Shown piece by piece: positions 62,500 through 64,000 of a stretch of 64,000 nucleotides of DNA. Below the pieces are notes generated by a model. The model had not been told where the DNA came from. It made no database searches and saw only the letters and a program-made list of their open reading frames with translations. The stretch is from positions 1 to 64,000 of the forward strand of contig NIVC01003049.1 of NCBI GenBank assembly GCA_002269645.1, in the 5' to 3' direction. The position numbers were made by a program, and so were the translations under genes. This stretch comes from Macrostomum lignano (taxonomy: Eukaryota). Numbering within the stretch: position 1 is the first letter of the stretch; every line of letters begins with the position of its first letter.

Positions 62500-63262
62500 C
62501 CACACTCTCCCTCACACTCCCAGTGCATCTTTCCCACACTCCCTCACACTCCCAGTGCATCTTCCCCACACTCCCTCACACTCCCAGTGCATCTTTCCCA
62601 CACTCCCTCACACTCCCAATGCATCTTCCCCACACTCTCCCTCACACTCCCAGTGCATCTTCCCCACACTCTCCCTCACACTCCCAGTGCATCTTCCCAA
62701 CACTCTCCCTCACACTCCCGGTGCATCTTCCCCACACTCCCTCACACTCCCAGTGCATCTTCCCCACACTCTCCCTCACACTCCCGGTGCATCTTCCCCA
62801 CACTCCTTCACACTCCCAGTGCATCTTCCCAACACTCTCCCTCACACTCCCAGTGCATCTTCCCCACACTCTCCCTCTCATACTCCCAATGCATCTTCCC
62901 CACACTCCCTCACACTCCCAGTGCATCTTCCCCACACTCCCTCACACTCCCAGTGCATCTTCCCCACACTCTCCCTCACACTCCCAGTGCATCTTCCCCA
63001 CACTCCCTCACACTCCCAGTGCATCTTCCCCACACTCTCCCTCACACTCCCAGTGCATCTTCCCCACACTCCCTCACACTCCCAGTGCATCTTCCCCACA
63101 CTCTCCCTCACACTCCCAGTGCATCTTCCCCACACTCCCTCACACTCCCAGTGCATCTTCCCCACACTCTCCCTCACACTCCCAGTGCATCTTCCCCACA
63201 CTCTCCTTCACACTCCCAGTGCATCTTCCCAACACTCTCCCTCACACTCCCAGTGCATCTTC
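62500..63262. repeat. 32/34-bp minisatellite (CACT[CT]CCCTCACACTCCCAGTGCATCTTCCCCA)n
   Basis: Direct reading. Confidence 0.95.
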
Positions 63263-63364
63263 CCATGTTATCCGTAGACATTTCGCATAGTTTTGAACAC
63301 AGCGTTCACAATCAAACTAATCCCAACTGACATGGTAACTGTGGTAACCAACACCTGCGTGCAG

Positions 63365-64000
63365 GCAATCAGAGCGGCCTCGGCCATGGCCAGCAGCAGC
63401 AACAGCAGCAGCGACACGCCGCAGCCGCCGCCGGCAACCGCAACCCGTCCGCTCCGTTTGTTGTGCCCGCATCCGCCAGCGTGGCCGACGAGAACGGCAG
63501 CGCCGCCGCTTCCGCTGCCGGCGGCCGCCAACGCCAAGGCCGCGGACCGCAGTTCGAAGCCGTCGCGGAGGGCTTCAAAGAGAACACGATGGAGCCGCGG
63601 CCCTGGAACGAGCGCGGCGGCCTTCAGGAGAGCCGTCGACGCGACGCCGCTGCCGCCAGCTCGACGGCCAACGCTGATAAGCCGGCCACGCTGCAGGTGC
63701 ACGAGGACGACATTCCGCAGTTGTCAGCGTCGGCAGCGGCGTCCGTGGCGCCGACCCCGGCCAGCGCTTACAAGCGCGGCCTGTCCGAGTGCGCGCCGAA
63801 GAAGCCGCGCCCCGACCAGGACGACACCTCGCCGTCCAAATTGTTCGGCGCCTTCGATCTGCAGCAGCATCAGCAGCAGCAACAGCAGCAGCAGATGATG
63901 CAACACCAGCTGAAGCCGGGCGAGCGGTTCATGTGCCAGATTGACAAGCTGTACATGGGCCTGCAGGAGGTCTGCTTTGAGGAGCTGCGCGCCGCTCTGC
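63365..64000 (+). CDS. BUB1B: BubR1/Mad3 coding exon 6 (KEN2, ABBA-like, GLEBS); runs off the window
   Basis: Acceptor GTGCAG|GC joins exon 5 in phase 1. FKENTMEPRPWNE (KEN at 63577-63585), LQVHED (63691-63708) and GERFMCQIDKLYMGLQEVCFEELRA (Bub3-binding GLEBS). Not in the ORF track. Confidence 0.92.

Noticed and set aside
63293-63898. 201-aa + ORF (MNTAFT...)
   Set aside because: It is the wrong frame of BubR1 exon 6; the KEN2 and GLEBS motifs are in the frame set by the acceptor at 63364.

Overview
Eukaryotic (metazoan) genomic DNA, not prokaryotic. It has GT-AG spliced, mostly GC-rich exons inside introns full of micro- and minisatellites. The style suggests a flatworm such as Macrostomum (inference only). 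Most long ORFs in the supplied track are repeat artefacts, and the track misses several real exons. Left to right: (1) a 10.3-kb satellite of 238-bp units with interspersed 139-bp inserts; (2) two exons of an uncharacterised protein with a split CxxC..H..H zinc finger, a Gly/Arg-rich tail and a RELPPRF motif; (3) a 3-exon secreted, GPI-anchored protein with two Ly6/uPAR-like domains; (4) a 2-exon, 883-aa GPI-anchored mucin with 56 copies of SPTTSANTTSAATE; (5) a transposon pile: an internally deleted THAP/P-like element (67-bp TIRs, 8-bp TSD) whose right TIR is split by a young non-autonomous LTR retroelement (824-bp LTRs, tRNA-Gln PBS, CTAG TSD), then head-to-head RTE-type LINE fragments and a 93-bp hAT-like MITE; (6) the first six coding exons of a BubR1/Mad3 (MadBub) spindle-checkpoint gene, 37074 to beyond the window end. 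Its 8-kb first coding intron holds a 3.8-kb CpG desert with an inverted duplication, a decayed mariner-like element and a complete intronless stomatin gene on the same strand. All host genes are on the + strand. No rRNA, intact tRNA or CRISPR array was found. All coordinates and counts were read by hand.
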